The notes beneath the pieces were generated by a model. It saw only the letters and a program-made list of their open reading frames with translations. It made no database searches and was not told the DNA's origin. 64,000 nucleotides of DNA from an uncultured Acidobacteriaceae bacterium (GTDB taxonomy: Bacteria > Acidobacteriota > Terriglobia > Terriglobales > Acidobacteriaceae), in contig CAVTLU010000010.1 in assembly GCA_963735545.1 (NCBI GenBank), positions 29,062 to 93,061 of the forward strand, in the 5' to 3' direction. A program made the position numbers and the translations under genes. Shown here piece by piece: positions 35,746-45,090 of the stretch; position 1 is the first letter of the stretch; every line of letters starts with the position of its first letter.

Positions 35746-36678
35746 TTAGAAAAGCGTCCCTGACGAGAGCACCTGCTTGGGCATTGCCGCACTGACAGTG
35801 AACATCGGCTCGTTCACCACCTGGCTCAAACGTAGATTCATGGCGACGCTGCACAGCAGGTAGGCGTGGACTTCGCTGAGTCCCCAGCGAGCCGCCAGCA
35901 GATCGATCATCCGCGATGTAGCCGCCCGAGCTGCACGGATAGCGTCCGTGCCCGATTCCACTACGATCCATGAATCGCCTTCTGCCGGCAACCGCGCAGC
36001 CGATTCTATGAGGGGCGCGGAGAGCGCTTGCCGCTTGTGCAGGTTGAAACGCAACGTTACGTCCGCCGGGCACTCGATGCCGTTGATGCAAACTTCGCCA
36101 TCGCCCTGCGCGGCATGAGCGTCTCCCGCAGAAAACAGAGCGCCCGGGTTCAGCACCGGCAGGTAGAGCTTGGCTCCAGCGCACAATTCACGCACATCCA
36201 TATTGCCGCCAAAGACGCCGGGAGGACGAGTGCGAAATTCGCCGTCTTCGGCCGGGGCAACGCCCATAACTCCGCAGAACGGCCGCAGCGATACGACGGC
36301 CGGTGCCAGGGAGCGGCTTACCTGGCCTTCCAACTGCCAGTGGAAGAGATAGGGCTCTGTGAAACGTTCTTTTAGAAAGCCTAGTCCAGCAATTACGCTC
36401 GACCACCCCCAGCCTTTGTGCGCCACTTCAAGGACGTCGATCTGCAAGACGTCGCCTCGGTCGGCGCCTTCCACGACAATAGGCCCGGTGAGCGCGTGAA
36501 TGCGTCCGCGGTCGATGGCCACAAACTCCGCGACGGTCGTGCCTGGATGGACCTGCGCGCCGCTGGCGTCGAGGCACTCCAGATGCACCGTATCGCCGGG
36601 CGCGATGCGCAACCGCGGCGGCAGGGCGCGGTTCCAGCGCGAGTGAATAGGCTCGGCGGAAAGGGAATGTTCAGCCAT
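35746..36678 (-). CDS. Acetamidase/formamidase family amidohydrolase
   Basis: 310 aa. HALTGPI.V.GA..GD.L, GG.N.D.......G..LYLPV...GALFS.GD.HA.QGDGE is the FmdA/AmdA signature. Confidence 0.85.
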   Translation of the reverse strand: MAEHSLSAEPIHSRWNRALPPRLRIAPGDTVHLECLDASGAQVHPGTTVAEFVAIDRGRIHALTGPIVVEGADRGDVLQIDVLEVAHKGWGWSSVIAGLGFLKERFTEPYLFHWQLEGQVSRSLAPAVVSLRPFCGVMGVAPAEDGEFRTRPPGVFGGNMDVRELCAGAKLYLPVLNPGALFSAGDAHAAQGDGEVCINGIECPADVTLRFNLHKRQALSAPLIESAARLPAEGDSWIVVESGTDAIRAARAATSRMIDLLAARWGLSEVHAYLLCSVAMNLRLSQVVNEPMFTVSAAMPKQVLSSGTLF

Positions 36679-36681
36679 GGC

Positions 36682-37158
36682 TTACACCTCAACCGTCATC
36701 TGCACTTCGACCAGCGCATTGCGAGGTAAAGCGGAAACGCCGACCGCAGCCCGCGCGTGCCGTCCGCACTCCCCGAAAACCTCAATCAGCAAATCGGACG
36801 CGCCATTGATGACCTTGGGCGAATCTACAAATCCGGCCATGGCGTTCACGTAGCCAGTGAGACTGACAATATTTTTGACCGCATCCAGTGAACCGAGATG
36901 GCGTCGCAGCACCGCTAATTGCGTAAGCGCACAAGCGCGCGCTGCGGTGTAACCGTCTTCGATCGTGCGATCGAGGCCCACAGTCCCGGTGACCACACCC
37001 TGAGAGTTGGTAGAGATCACGCCAGCGAGATAAACCATATTGCCGGCAGTCTTGGCTGAGACGTAGTTGCCGCCGGCGATAGGCACAGATGGCAGAACGA
37101 TGCCAAGTTGCAGAAGGCGCGCTTCCCTTTCACCGGCCATGTGGGTTGCCATCTCCAT
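36682..37158 (-). CDS. RidA/YjgF family protein
   Basis: 158 aa. The GNYV......G..VYLAG and ...AR.AVGV..LP....VE patterns are typical of RidA. The start is uncertain (37158, 37152 or 37140). Confidence 0.82.
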   Translation of the reverse strand: MEMATHMAGEREARLLQLGIVLPSVPIAGGNYVSAKTAGNMVYLAGVISTNSQGVVTGTVGLDRTIEDGYTAARACALTQLAVLRRHLGSLDAVKNIVSLTGYVNAMAGFVDSPKVINGASDLLIEVFGECGRHARAAVGVSALPRNALVEVQMTVEV

Positions 37159-37227
37159 GGGTGCCAGTCAATCTAGCATACGAGCCACAGATTGCAGCCC
37201 GCCTCTCGCCATGCGCTAACATGGGCC

Positions 37228-38148
37228 ATGCCACGATCCTGGAGTCAAGTGCTGGCTACACCCCTTTTGCTGGCGCTGATGCCAGGCGTCGTTCTTGCAC
37301 AAGCCAGCGGCTTGAATCACAGAACCGCAACTCCTGGCGGCGTACGCATCACCTTGCACGAGGCCCGTGTCTCGCCGTCCGATCTTGAAGTGGCGGGAGA
37401 CTTGGCAGGTCTGACACCAGGAACGACTCGTTACATCACGCGCGATGACTTGCTGGCGCTGCCGCAAGTCGCATACACGGTCTCGGACGACCCAAACTTT
37501 ACGGGCCCCACTGAACTCGGTGGTGTGCCTTTGGAAGAACTCATCCGCCGGTTAGGCGCTCCGCCATCGGACTTGGTGGTCGCTATTTGTGACGATCAAT
37601 ACCGAGCCCACTACCCGCGGTCTTACCTGACCGCTCACCATCCCCTGCTAGTGCTCAAGATTGATGGTCAGCTATCGGAGCATTGGCCGAAGGACGCGGA
37701 AGGCCATGGCTATGACATAGGGCCGTACTTGATTTCTCATCCCAAGTTCACGCCGGGCTTCAAGATTCTCTCGCAGACGGAGGAAGCGCAAATTCCCTGG
37801 GGCGTGGTGAGGATCGAGTTCCACAACGAGAAATCAGTCATGGGGGCTATCGCACCGCGTGGTCGGCGGGCGAAAGAGCCGTTGGTTCAGGCCGGGTATG
37901 GCATCGCGAAGCAGAATTGTTTCCGCTGCCATAACATGGGACGTCAGGGCGGATTGAAGGCCGGCCACCCCTGGCTGGTGCTTTCCGCCTGGGCCACAGC
38001 TTCACCGGAATATTTTGGCGGCTACATCCGAGATCCGAAGACGAAGAACCCGCAGGCACAGATGCCCGCAAATCCAGGCTATGACGACGTGACAATTCGA
38101 GCGCTCACTGCGTATTTCCAGACATTCTCAGGACAGGAGAAACCATGA
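37228..38148 (+). CDS. Exported fusion of a molybdopterin-oxidoreductase-like (Oxidored_molyb-like) domain and a c-type cytochrome domain
   Basis: ORF 37192 (TTG) trimmed to ATG 37228. Signal peptide ..LLLALMPGVVLAQA. The central region resembles the substrate-side domain of sulfite-oxidase-like proteins (ITRDDLLALP....V......F.G..L..L). A single haem motif CFRCH (about 37917-37931) and a distal QMP are present. Confidence 0.55.
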   Translation: MPRSWSQVLATPLLLALMPGVVLAQASGLNHRTATPGGVRITLHEARVSPSDLEVAGDLAGLTPGTTRYITRDDLLALPQVAYTVSDDPNFTGPTELGGVPLEELIRRLGAPPSDLVVAICDDQYRAHYPRSYLTAHHPLLVLKIDGQLSEHWPKDAEGHGYDIGPYLISHPKFTPGFKILSQTEEAQIPWGVVRIEFHNEKSVMGAIAPRGRRAKEPLVQAGYGIAKQNCFRCHNMGRQGGLKAGHPWLVLSAWATASPEYFGGYIRDPKTKNPQAQMPANPGYDDVTIRALTAYFQTFSGQEKP

Positions 38149-38642
38149 CGCTGCGCACAGCCAAGGTTCTGCTGGTGTTCGCCGTGGCAGCTTTCTACTC
38201 GTTGGTGGTGTTCAACAACACGACCGATTACGACTCCAACTATCAGTTCGTCCGCCACGTGATGATGATGGATTCGACCTTTCCCGGCAACCGCGGAATG
38301 TGGCGCGCGCTGAACTCGTCCGCCTGGCACACCGTGTTCTATATATCCATCATCGCGTCGGAAGCTGTGACGATGCTTATGTGCTGGTGGGGCGGAGTGC
38401 GGTTGGCGCGGGCACTACGCGGAACCGCGGCCGCGTTCCATCAGGCCAAGGGCGCCGCCATTGCGGCGCTTACGCTCGCTCTGCTGATGTGGCTGGTAGC
38501 GTTTCTCAGCGTCGGCGGCGAATGGTTTCTGATGTGGCAGTCGAAAATGTGGAACGGGCAAGAGGCAGCATTCCGCATGTTTGCGGTCGTAGGAATCGTG
38601 CTGCTGTTCGTCGCCCAACCGGAAACCGAAGGGCAGCCCTAG
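38145..38642 (+). CDS. DUF2165 family small integral membrane protein
   Basis: 165 aa with four hydrophobic segments. The N-terminus ..K.LLV...A.F..LVVFNN.TDY.SNY.FV.HV..MD.TF matches my recollection of DUF2165. ATGA overlap with the upstream gene and AGGAGA SD. Confidence 0.6.
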   Translation: MTLRTAKVLLVFAVAAFYSLVVFNNTTDYDSNYQFVRHVMMMDSTFPGNRGMWRALNSSAWHTVFYISIIASEAVTMLMCWWGGVRLARALRGTAAAFHQAKGAAIAALTLALLMWLVAFLSVGGEWFLMWQSKMWNGQEAAFRMFAVVGIVLLFVAQPETEGQP

Positions 38643-38824
38643 TATTCTCTTCAAATCACGTAGCGCGGACGCCTTCGTCCGGCGCGATCTTTAGCGCACA
38701 GGTGGCGCGGACGAGGCGTTCGCCCCAAAAAAAACTTTCATCATAGGGATGACGCGGGAAGGGCACGCGTACTCGCGTCCTTCCCCTTTTCGATCTGTTG
38801 ATGAAAGGAGTTTTAGCGTCCGGA

Positions 38825-40207
38825 CTACTCCGCGCTTTTGCTGCGGCCGCGCAGCGCAAACCAGAACAGCCCTGCAGCCAGATACAGCAGCAGGTAAACG
38901 TAGGGCAGCTTGCCGTAGGGTCCTTCGGGCACCGGATACAGATTCCCCACCAGCGCCAGCAGCATGGCAGTGCACGCGAGCGCGGGAATGACATGCATTC
39001 CCCGCCGGGAAGCTCCGTGGTCGCGCAAGTAACGCGGCAGAGCGACGCACACTAGCGCATAGGCCACGATGAATCCGTAGGTTGCTAGCGAGCCCATCCA
39101 GCCGTAGACATCGAGTCCGCTGGATCCGCGCGCCGCCAGCACCGCTACGGGCGCCACGGCCGCGATGCCAGTGACTACAACCGCGCGGCTGGGAGTCTGA
39201 TTACGGGCATGCGTATTACGCAGCGAACCATGAGCCAGGCCGTGATGAGCCATCAAAAGCAGAACCCGCGCAGCCGCCGTGATGCACGCCAGCGTTCCTG
39301 CAAACAGACTGACCAGCGCTCCGATATCAATGAGCACCCCCAGCATCGGCACACCGCCGACCCTGGCCAGCAAACGCATGGGCGCGGGACTGCTTCCCAG
39401 GTCCTGCCCGGCGGTGTGAAAGCCCAGCACCTCGGCGTAAGCGCAAACCGTAAAGAATGCCCCGGCCAGAAGAGCGCTTTGGATGACAGCTCGGGGAATC
39501 GTCTTCAAGGGATTGCGCGCCTCCGATCCCAGAGTGGTCGCGCTCTCGAAGCCAACAAAGCTGAAAAGCGCCAGCACCAGACCGAGCCGCAGTCCACTGC
39601 CGGTCATGCCACGGAGTTGCAATTGCTCCCAGTCCCAGTGCCAGCCATGGCGGACCAGCAGCAGCGTCACCACGATGACGATTACGCTCACCGAGGCGGC
39701 TTCGATCCAGAGCATGAGGCGCGCCGAGATCTTAACGTCGCGCCAGGCGATGAAGATGGACGCCCCAGTAACAATGAACGAGAGCAACACCGTCGAGTAG
39801 GCATGGCCGGTGGCGTCGCGCAGCAAAAGGTTTGCCCAGTGGTAGAAGCCGGCGATTACGCTCGATCCCGTGGCCACGTAGGCGAGCAACAGACTCCACG
39901 CTACCGTCGCCGCCAGCCAGGGCGGCAGGATCTTAGCGGTATACGTGTACAACGAGCCCGGCGATGAAGAGTAACGTGCAAAACGGCCGATGCACAGCGC
40001 GACCAGCAGCACTGCAATGGTCGCGAGCACGTATGCCAGCCAGGTGCCATTGCCCGCCAGCGCGCAGACCAACGGAATGGTGGCAGCGGGAGTTGTGGTG
40101 GGCGCCATGGTGGAGACGGACTGCGCCAGCGTTTCCATCGGCGAAAGGATCCCGTGCCGCAAACCGTATCCTGCCGCCTGAGGTTTCTCTTGTGCTGCTA
40201 GCTCCAT
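38825..40207 (-). CDS. APC superfamily amino-acid/polyamine permease
   Basis: 460 aa, about 12 hydrophobic segments, with an N-terminal L.R.L.....L......M.P motif typical of APC transporters. Confidence 0.82.
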   Translation of the reverse strand: MELAAQEKPQAAGYGLRHGILSPMETLAQSVSTMAPTTTPAATIPLVCALAGNGTWLAYVLATIAVLLVALCIGRFARYSSSPGSLYTYTAKILPPWLAATVAWSLLLAYVATGSSVIAGFYHWANLLLRDATGHAYSTVLLSFIVTGASIFIAWRDVKISARLMLWIEAASVSVIVIVVTLLLVRHGWHWDWEQLQLRGMTGSGLRLGLVLALFSFVGFESATTLGSEARNPLKTIPRAVIQSALLAGAFFTVCAYAEVLGFHTAGQDLGSSPAPMRLLARVGGVPMLGVLIDIGALVSLFAGTLACITAAARVLLLMAHHGLAHGSLRNTHARNQTPSRAVVVTGIAAVAPVAVLAARGSSGLDVYGWMGSLATYGFIVAYALVCVALPRYLRDHGASRRGMHVIPALACTAMLLALVGNLYPVPEGPYGKLPYVYLLLYLAAGLFWFALRGRSKSAE

Positions 40208-40370
40208 TGATATTCCTCTTCTCCTGTGCGAAGGAAACGGCTCGGGGTTGCGGTAGTGTACAACAGCGGTGCAAATCGGCGGTCACAATGGTGGTCCCTG
40301 CGGTGGCGTATTCTAGAAGGGTGCAGCGTTCGACGCGACTAACATTGTCGCCGCATTTCTGGAGCTTCCT

Positions 40371-41510
40371 ATGAAGTTTGAAAAAGAATTACTACGCAGT
40401 TTGCCCAAAGTACTGCTTCACGAACACCTGGATGGAGTGCTGCGGCCGCAGACTGTGATTGAATTGGCGAAGGAGGTAGAGTACTCGGACCTCCCCACGA
40501 CAGATGCGCAGGCCTTGGCCCAGTGGTTCCATCAAGGCGCGAACAAAGGGAGTCTGGCGAAATACCTGGAAGGCTTCGCGCACACCATCGCGGTGATGCA
40601 GACTGAGGAAGCGCTCGAGCGCGTCGCCTACGAACAAGCCGAGGATGTGGCAGCCGACGGCGTGGTCTACTTTGAAACCCGCTTCGCGCCAATTTTTCAC
40701 ACCAAGAAGGGACTGACTCACCAACAGGTTGTATCCGCTGTGCTGCGAGGTTTGGAGCGGGGCCGGAAGGACTTTGGCGTGACTTCCGGCCTGATCATCT
40801 GCGCCATGCGCAATATGAATGTATCGCTCGAAATGGCGGAGTTGGCGGTCGATTTTCGTGAGCGCGGCGTGGTGGGCTTTGACCTTGCGGGCGAGGAAGG
40901 CGGCTACCCTCCCAAGAAACACGTCGACGCATTTCACTACATTCAGCGGCAGAATTTCAATATCACCATTCACGCCGGGGAGGGTTACGGCAAGGAATCG
41001 ATCTGGCAGGCAATTCAATATTGCGGCGCGCACCGCATTGGCCATGGCACGCGGCTGATCGACGACATTGCCATTGCGGACGGCAAAGCGGTAAAGCTTG
41101 GCGACCTGGCGCAATACGTTCTCGACAAGCGAATTCCACTGGAGATTTGCCTGCTCAGCAACGTGCACACCGGAGCCGCGCCCAGCCTGGCCGAGCATCC
41201 CTTCAGGATTTTTTATCAGGAAAAGTTTCGTGTCACGTTGAACACGGACAACCGGCTGATGAGCAATACCACGATGACGAAGGAATTCGAAGCGGCTGCC
41301 GAGACTTTTGGCCTGTCGCTGGATGACTTCGAGAAAATTACCATCAATTCGATGAAGAGCGCGTTCCTTCCCTACAAAGAACGCTGCGATATTATTTATG
41401 CGTCGCTCAAGCCCGGGTATGCCAAGGCTCGCGAGGCTTTGGAGTCCGGGTCGCAAGCGGAACAGGGCGCTTCCGGCAAACGTACGGCTAGCGCTCCTAA
41501 TATCCAATGA
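40371..41510 (+). CDS. add: Adenosine deaminase (ADA1 type, cytosolic)
   Basis: 379 aa. LPKVLLHEHLDG, ITIHAGE, HRIGHG and LNTDN are the canonical Add motifs. Confidence 0.92.
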   Translation: MKFEKELLRSLPKVLLHEHLDGVLRPQTVIELAKEVEYSDLPTTDAQALAQWFHQGANKGSLAKYLEGFAHTIAVMQTEEALERVAYEQAEDVAADGVVYFETRFAPIFHTKKGLTHQQVVSAVLRGLERGRKDFGVTSGLIICAMRNMNVSLEMAELAVDFRERGVVGFDLAGEEGGYPPKKHVDAFHYIQRQNFNITIHAGEGYGKESIWQAIQYCGAHRIGHGTRLIDDIAIADGKAVKLGDLAQYVLDKRIPLEICLLSNVHTGAAPSLAEHPFRIFYQEKFRVTLNTDNRLMSNTTMTKEFEAAAETFGLSLDDFEKITINSMKSAFLPYKERCDIIYASLKPGYAKAREALESGSQAEQGASGKRTASAPNIQ

Positions 41511-41541
41511 ATTTTCGTGACTGTTATGTCCTGCGCTTGAT

Positions 41542-41564
41542 GCGCTGCTCCGAGCGCTCTTTTG
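41542..41564 (+). terminator. Weak intrinsic-terminator-like hairpin after add
   Basis: GCGCT (41542-41546), a 6-nt loop, and AGCGC (41553-41557), followed by TCTTTTG. The stem is short. Confidence 0.3.
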
Positions 41565-41595
41565 ACGTGCTATATTGCCTCTCTCGGAGGCCTCC

Positions 41596-42489
41596 ATGTC
41601 GCGGATTGTGCGCTGTGGCCTGATCCAGGCAAGCACCCCCTTGAGCGGCGATCGCGCTCTGCCCCATATCAAAAAGGCAATGCTCGACAAGCACTTGAAG
41701 TTGATCGAGCAGGCTGCCAAGAAAAAAGTACAAGTACTCTGCCTGCAGGAATTATTTTACGGCCCCTACTTCTGCGCCGAGCAGAACATTCGCTGGTATG
41801 ACCTGACTGAGCGCGTGCCCGACGGCCCCACCACCAAGCTCATGCAGAAGATCGCAGCGAAGCATCGCATGGTGATCGTCGTGCCTGTGTACGAAGAGCA
41901 GATGCCGGGCCTATACTTCAACACCGCCGCGGTGATCGACGCGGATGGAAGCTATTTAGGCAAGTACCGCAAGCATCATATTCCCCACGTGCATCCCGGA
42001 TTTTGGGAGAAGTTTTACTTTACGCCGGGCGATCTTGGTTATCCCGTGTTCAAGACAAAGTATGCGCAAGTGGGCGTGTACATCTGCTACGACCGTCACT
42101 TTCCAGAGGGTGCGCGGATCCTCGGTCTCAATGGAGCGGAAATTGTTTTCAATCCTTCCGCCACGGTCGCGGGACTTTCCGAATACCTGTGGGAACTGGA
42201 GCAACCGGCGCATGCGGCGGCGAATGGCTATTTCGTTGGCGCCATCAACCGCGTGGGCACGGAAAAGCCTTGGAGCATCGGCGAGTTTTATGGCAAGAGC
42301 TACTTCTGCAATCCGCGCGGAAAGATCGTTGCGCAAGCGAGTCGCGATAAGGACGAGGTTCTGGTTGCCGATCTCGATCTCGACATGATCACCGAAGTGC
42401 GCCGGGTCTGGCAGTTCTTCCGCGACCGCCGGCCGGAAACTTACGGCCCGCTCACCGCTCAGAGCGGACAAACGGCAGCGGCCGACTGA
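41596..42489 (+). CDS. Beta-ureidopropionase / N-carbamoyl-amino-acid amidohydrolase (nitrilase superfamily)
   Basis: ORF 41575 trimmed to ATG 41596 after GGAGG. The CN-hydrolase triad context is present: LCLQELF (Glu), YRKHHIP (Lys) and VYICYDRHFPE (Cys). Overall it resembles eukaryote-type beta-alanine synthase. Confidence 0.85.
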   Translation: MSRIVRCGLIQASTPLSGDRALPHIKKAMLDKHLKLIEQAAKKKVQVLCLQELFYGPYFCAEQNIRWYDLTERVPDGPTTKLMQKIAAKHRMVIVVPVYEEQMPGLYFNTAAVIDADGSYLGKYRKHHIPHVHPGFWEKFYFTPGDLGYPVFKTKYAQVGVYICYDRHFPEGARILGLNGAEIVFNPSATVAGLSEYLWELEQPAHAAANGYFVGAINRVGTEKPWSIGEFYGKSYFCNPRGKIVAQASRDKDEVLVADLDLDMITEVRRVWQFFRDRRPETYGPLTAQSGQTAAAD

Positions 42490-42494
42490 GTCAC

Positions 42495-43934
42495 ATGCCC
42501 ATTCCTCCTCAGTCTGCGGCTTCCAGAATTGAATCCAGCCCGCTTTACAACGCAGACCTCGCTCCCGCCACCGGCGATCAGCGCACCTGGGGCACCTACA
42601 ACTACGCAGCCTTATGGATATCGATGTCGATCAATATCCTCACCTATATGCTGGCTGCGAGCCTGATTCAGGGAGGGATGAACTGGAAACAGGCCGTAGT
42701 CACGGTGTTTCTGGGCAACACCATCGTATTGATCCCCATGCTGTTAAATTCGCATCCTGGAGCGCGCTATGGAGTCCCGTTCCCGGTCCTGGCGCGCGCG
42801 TCGTTCGGTGTTCTCGGGGCAAATGTAGCCGCGGTGTTGCGTGCTCTGGTGGCTTGCGGTTGGTTTGGCATCCAGGCCTGGATCGGAGGTGAGGCGATCA
42901 GTACTCTGCTCGCAACCTTGGCTCCGAGCTGGGGACAGTTTCCGCACCGCACCGCGATTTGCTTCATGGCTTTCTGGCTGATTAATCTCGCCGTCATCCT
43001 CAAGGGAATTGAATACATTCGCTTTCTGCAAGGGATCAGCGCGCCGATTCTGCTGGCCGTGGGATTGCTGCTGCTGGCCTGGGCTTACCACGCTGCCGGC
43101 GGCTTCGGACCTATGTTGGCAGCGCCTTCGCGCTTCAGCAATTTTTCTGAGTTCCTCAAGTTCCTGGTGCCGGCGTTGAACGCCACCGTGGGTTTCTGGG
43201 CGACCGTCTCCCTTAACATTCCGGATTTTTCTCGCTTCGCGCGCAGCCAGCGGCAGCAGGCGATAGGCCAGGCTCTTGCCCTGCCGACGACCATGACTCT
43301 GTACTCGCTGATCGGAATTCTGGTGACTTCGGCAACCGTCGTCATCTATGGGACCGCGATCTGGGACCCTGTACAACTGCTCAGCCGCTTTCACTCGCCG
43401 GTGGCGGTGGCGATTTCGCTGGTCGCGATTCTGCTCGCGACTCTGAATGTGAATATCGGCGCGAACGTAGTTTCCCCGGCGAACGATTTCTCCAACTTGT
43501 GGCCACGAAAGATCAGCTTCCGCACCGGTGGCGTGATCACTTGCTTCATGGGCATCGCGCTGATGCCGTGGAAGCTGCTGGCGAGTTACCAGACTCTGAT
43601 CTTCGGATGGTTGGGCGCCTATGCGGCTTTCCTGGGACCGGTGGCGGGAATCATGATCTGCGATTATTTCGTGGTGCGGAGGCGAGTGCTGTTGGTGAAC
43701 GATCTCTACTTACGTGATGGCGCATACGAATATTCGCGCGGCTTCAACTGGCTGGCGATCTTGGCTCTGGCTGTAGGATCGGGGACGGCGCTGATTGGGT
43801 TGGTGGTGCCGTCGTTGCGTGTACTGTACGACTATTCATGGTTTGTCGGCTTCGCGGTTTCGTTCGTCGCCTATTACGCGCTAATGAGGCTTCGGCGGGA
43901 ACCAGTGAGCATGACGGTAGAAGAAATGCTGTAG
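42495..43934 (+). CDS. NCS1 family nucleobase:cation symporter (allantoin/hydantoin/uracil/cytosine permease type)
   Basis: 479 aa, 12 TM-like segments. N-terminal N.DLAP....R.W......A.W.....N. is typical of NCS1. Confidence 0.88.
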   Translation: MPIPPQSAASRIESSPLYNADLAPATGDQRTWGTYNYAALWISMSINILTYMLAASLIQGGMNWKQAVVTVFLGNTIVLIPMLLNSHPGARYGVPFPVLARASFGVLGANVAAVLRALVACGWFGIQAWIGGEAISTLLATLAPSWGQFPHRTAICFMAFWLINLAVILKGIEYIRFLQGISAPILLAVGLLLLAWAYHAAGGFGPMLAAPSRFSNFSEFLKFLVPALNATVGFWATVSLNIPDFSRFARSQRQQAIGQALALPTTMTLYSLIGILVTSATVVIYGTAIWDPVQLLSRFHSPVAVAISLVAILLATLNVNIGANVVSPANDFSNLWPRKISFRTGGVITCFMGIALMPWKLLASYQTLIFGWLGAYAAFLGPVAGIMICDYFVVRRRVLLVNDLYLRDGAYEYSRGFNWLAILALAVGSGTALIGLVVPSLRVLYDYSWFVGFAVSFVAYYALMRLRREPVSMTVEEML

Positions 43935-43939
43935 CTTTT

Positions 43940-44055
43940 CTCCGCGAACTCTGCGGGGGTTCTCAGCGCCCTCAACGTTTTAAGATTCTAGCAAAGACCG
44001 AAAATCAAATCTTAAATCACGGAGGTCGCAGAGAACGGACGCGAAGAGCGTAGAG
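43940..44055. repeat. Inverted-repeat element, family A (CTCTGCG..CGTTTTAAGAT / ATCTTAAA.CG..GCAGAGAAC arms)
   Basis: ttctccgcgaactctgcgggggttctcagcgccctcaacgttttaagatt ... aaaatcaaatcttaaatcacggaggtcgcagagaac. It aligns arm-for-arm with the copy at 49969-50128. Confidence 0.6.
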
Positions 44056-44076
44056 AAGAACAAATATCGGGCGACG

Positions 44077-45090
44077 CTACTTCTTCACGACCCCCTGCAA
44101 GGTGGGCAGTATCTCGCGCCTGTAGGTCTCCAGCGTGGCTTCCTCGTCTCCGCACATAAGGTAGATATTGAATTGCGTGACGCCGACACTCGCGAGTTTG
44201 CGCAGTTTTTCGCGGTGAGCTTCTGCTGGGCCAACCAGCGTGAAGCGATCCACCACTTCGTCAGTCACAAATTTTGAGTTATCGCTTTCGACCTCGCAGT
44301 GCTGCTGGTAGTCGTACCCACTGCGGTTTTGCACGTAGGAGGTCAGGGCCGGCGGGAGTTCCTCCGGCTTGTACCGGGAAATCAGGTCCACCACATGATT
44401 TGAAACCAGGGCGGGAAACCAGCGCACCCGCTTGCGTGCGATGTTCAAATCGTCGGATACCCAGACCGGTGCGCATGACATCACTTCGATCTTGCTGAAA
44501 TCCCTGCCCGCTGCCTCTGCGCCTTGCTTGACGAAACCCAAACACCACGCAATCAAATCCGGATCGGCGAATTGCAGAATGACGCCATCCGCGACTCTGC
44601 CCGCCAAGTCGAGCACCTTAGGACCGTACCCTGCGATCCACACCGGAGGCGATCCTGGCGCCCAGGAAATTCGCGTAGGCCGGCCCTCGTAGTCAATTTC
44701 CTTTCCGGCGGTCAGCTCCCGAAAAGTCTTGACGGCGCGCTCCAGATCGCCCGCCCCCACCGGTTTCTTTCCCAGTACGCGCCGCGAACTGTCCCCGCGG
44801 CCAATGCCAAGCTGCATGCGACCGCCGGAAATCAAGTTCAGCGTAGCAAATAAACTTGAGGTCACCGTGATGTCGCGCACTGCAGGATTGGTAACGCATG
44901 GGCCGAGACGCATGTTCTTGGTGTTGGAGGCCATCAGCGTGAGTACCGGATAGGGCTCCAGCCACAGGACGTGGGAATCGAAGATCCACCCATATTCAAA
45001 GCCCGCGGCCTCCGCCTGACGCGTAAGCCCTAGGATGCGCTCAACCGTCATTTCCGGCATGTCGGGCTTGATGGTGAAGCCGAAATGCAT
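44077..45090 (-). CDS. Luciferase-like monooxygenase (LLM) class flavin/F420-dependent oxidoreductase
   Basis: 337 aa. The TIM-barrel LLM pattern is present: GF...W..DSH......P...L........M.LG..VTNP..R.P...A...ATL...S.GR...G.G.GD. Confidence 0.85.
   Translation of the reverse strand: MHFGFTIKPDMPEMTVERILGLTRQAEAAGFEYGWIFDSHVLWLEPYPVLTLMASNTKNMRLGPCVTNPAVRDITVTSSLFATLNLISGGRMQLGIGRGDSSRRVLGKKPVGAGDLERAVKTFRELTAGKEIDYEGRPTRISWAPGSPPVWIAGYGPKVLDLAGRVADGVILQFADPDLIAWCLGFVKQGAEAAGRDFSKIEVMSCAPVWVSDDLNIARKRVRWFPALVSNHVVDLISRYKPEELPPALTSYVQNRSGYDYQQHCEVESDNSKFVTDEVVDRFTLVGPAEAHREKLRKLASVGVTQFNIYLMCGDEEATLETYRREILPTLQGVVKK

Noticed and set aside
40208-40370. A purine riboswitch upstream of add.
   Set aside because: The spacer lacks the conserved UAUA...UGG...CCGUAAAU-like three-way-junction core on the add strand.
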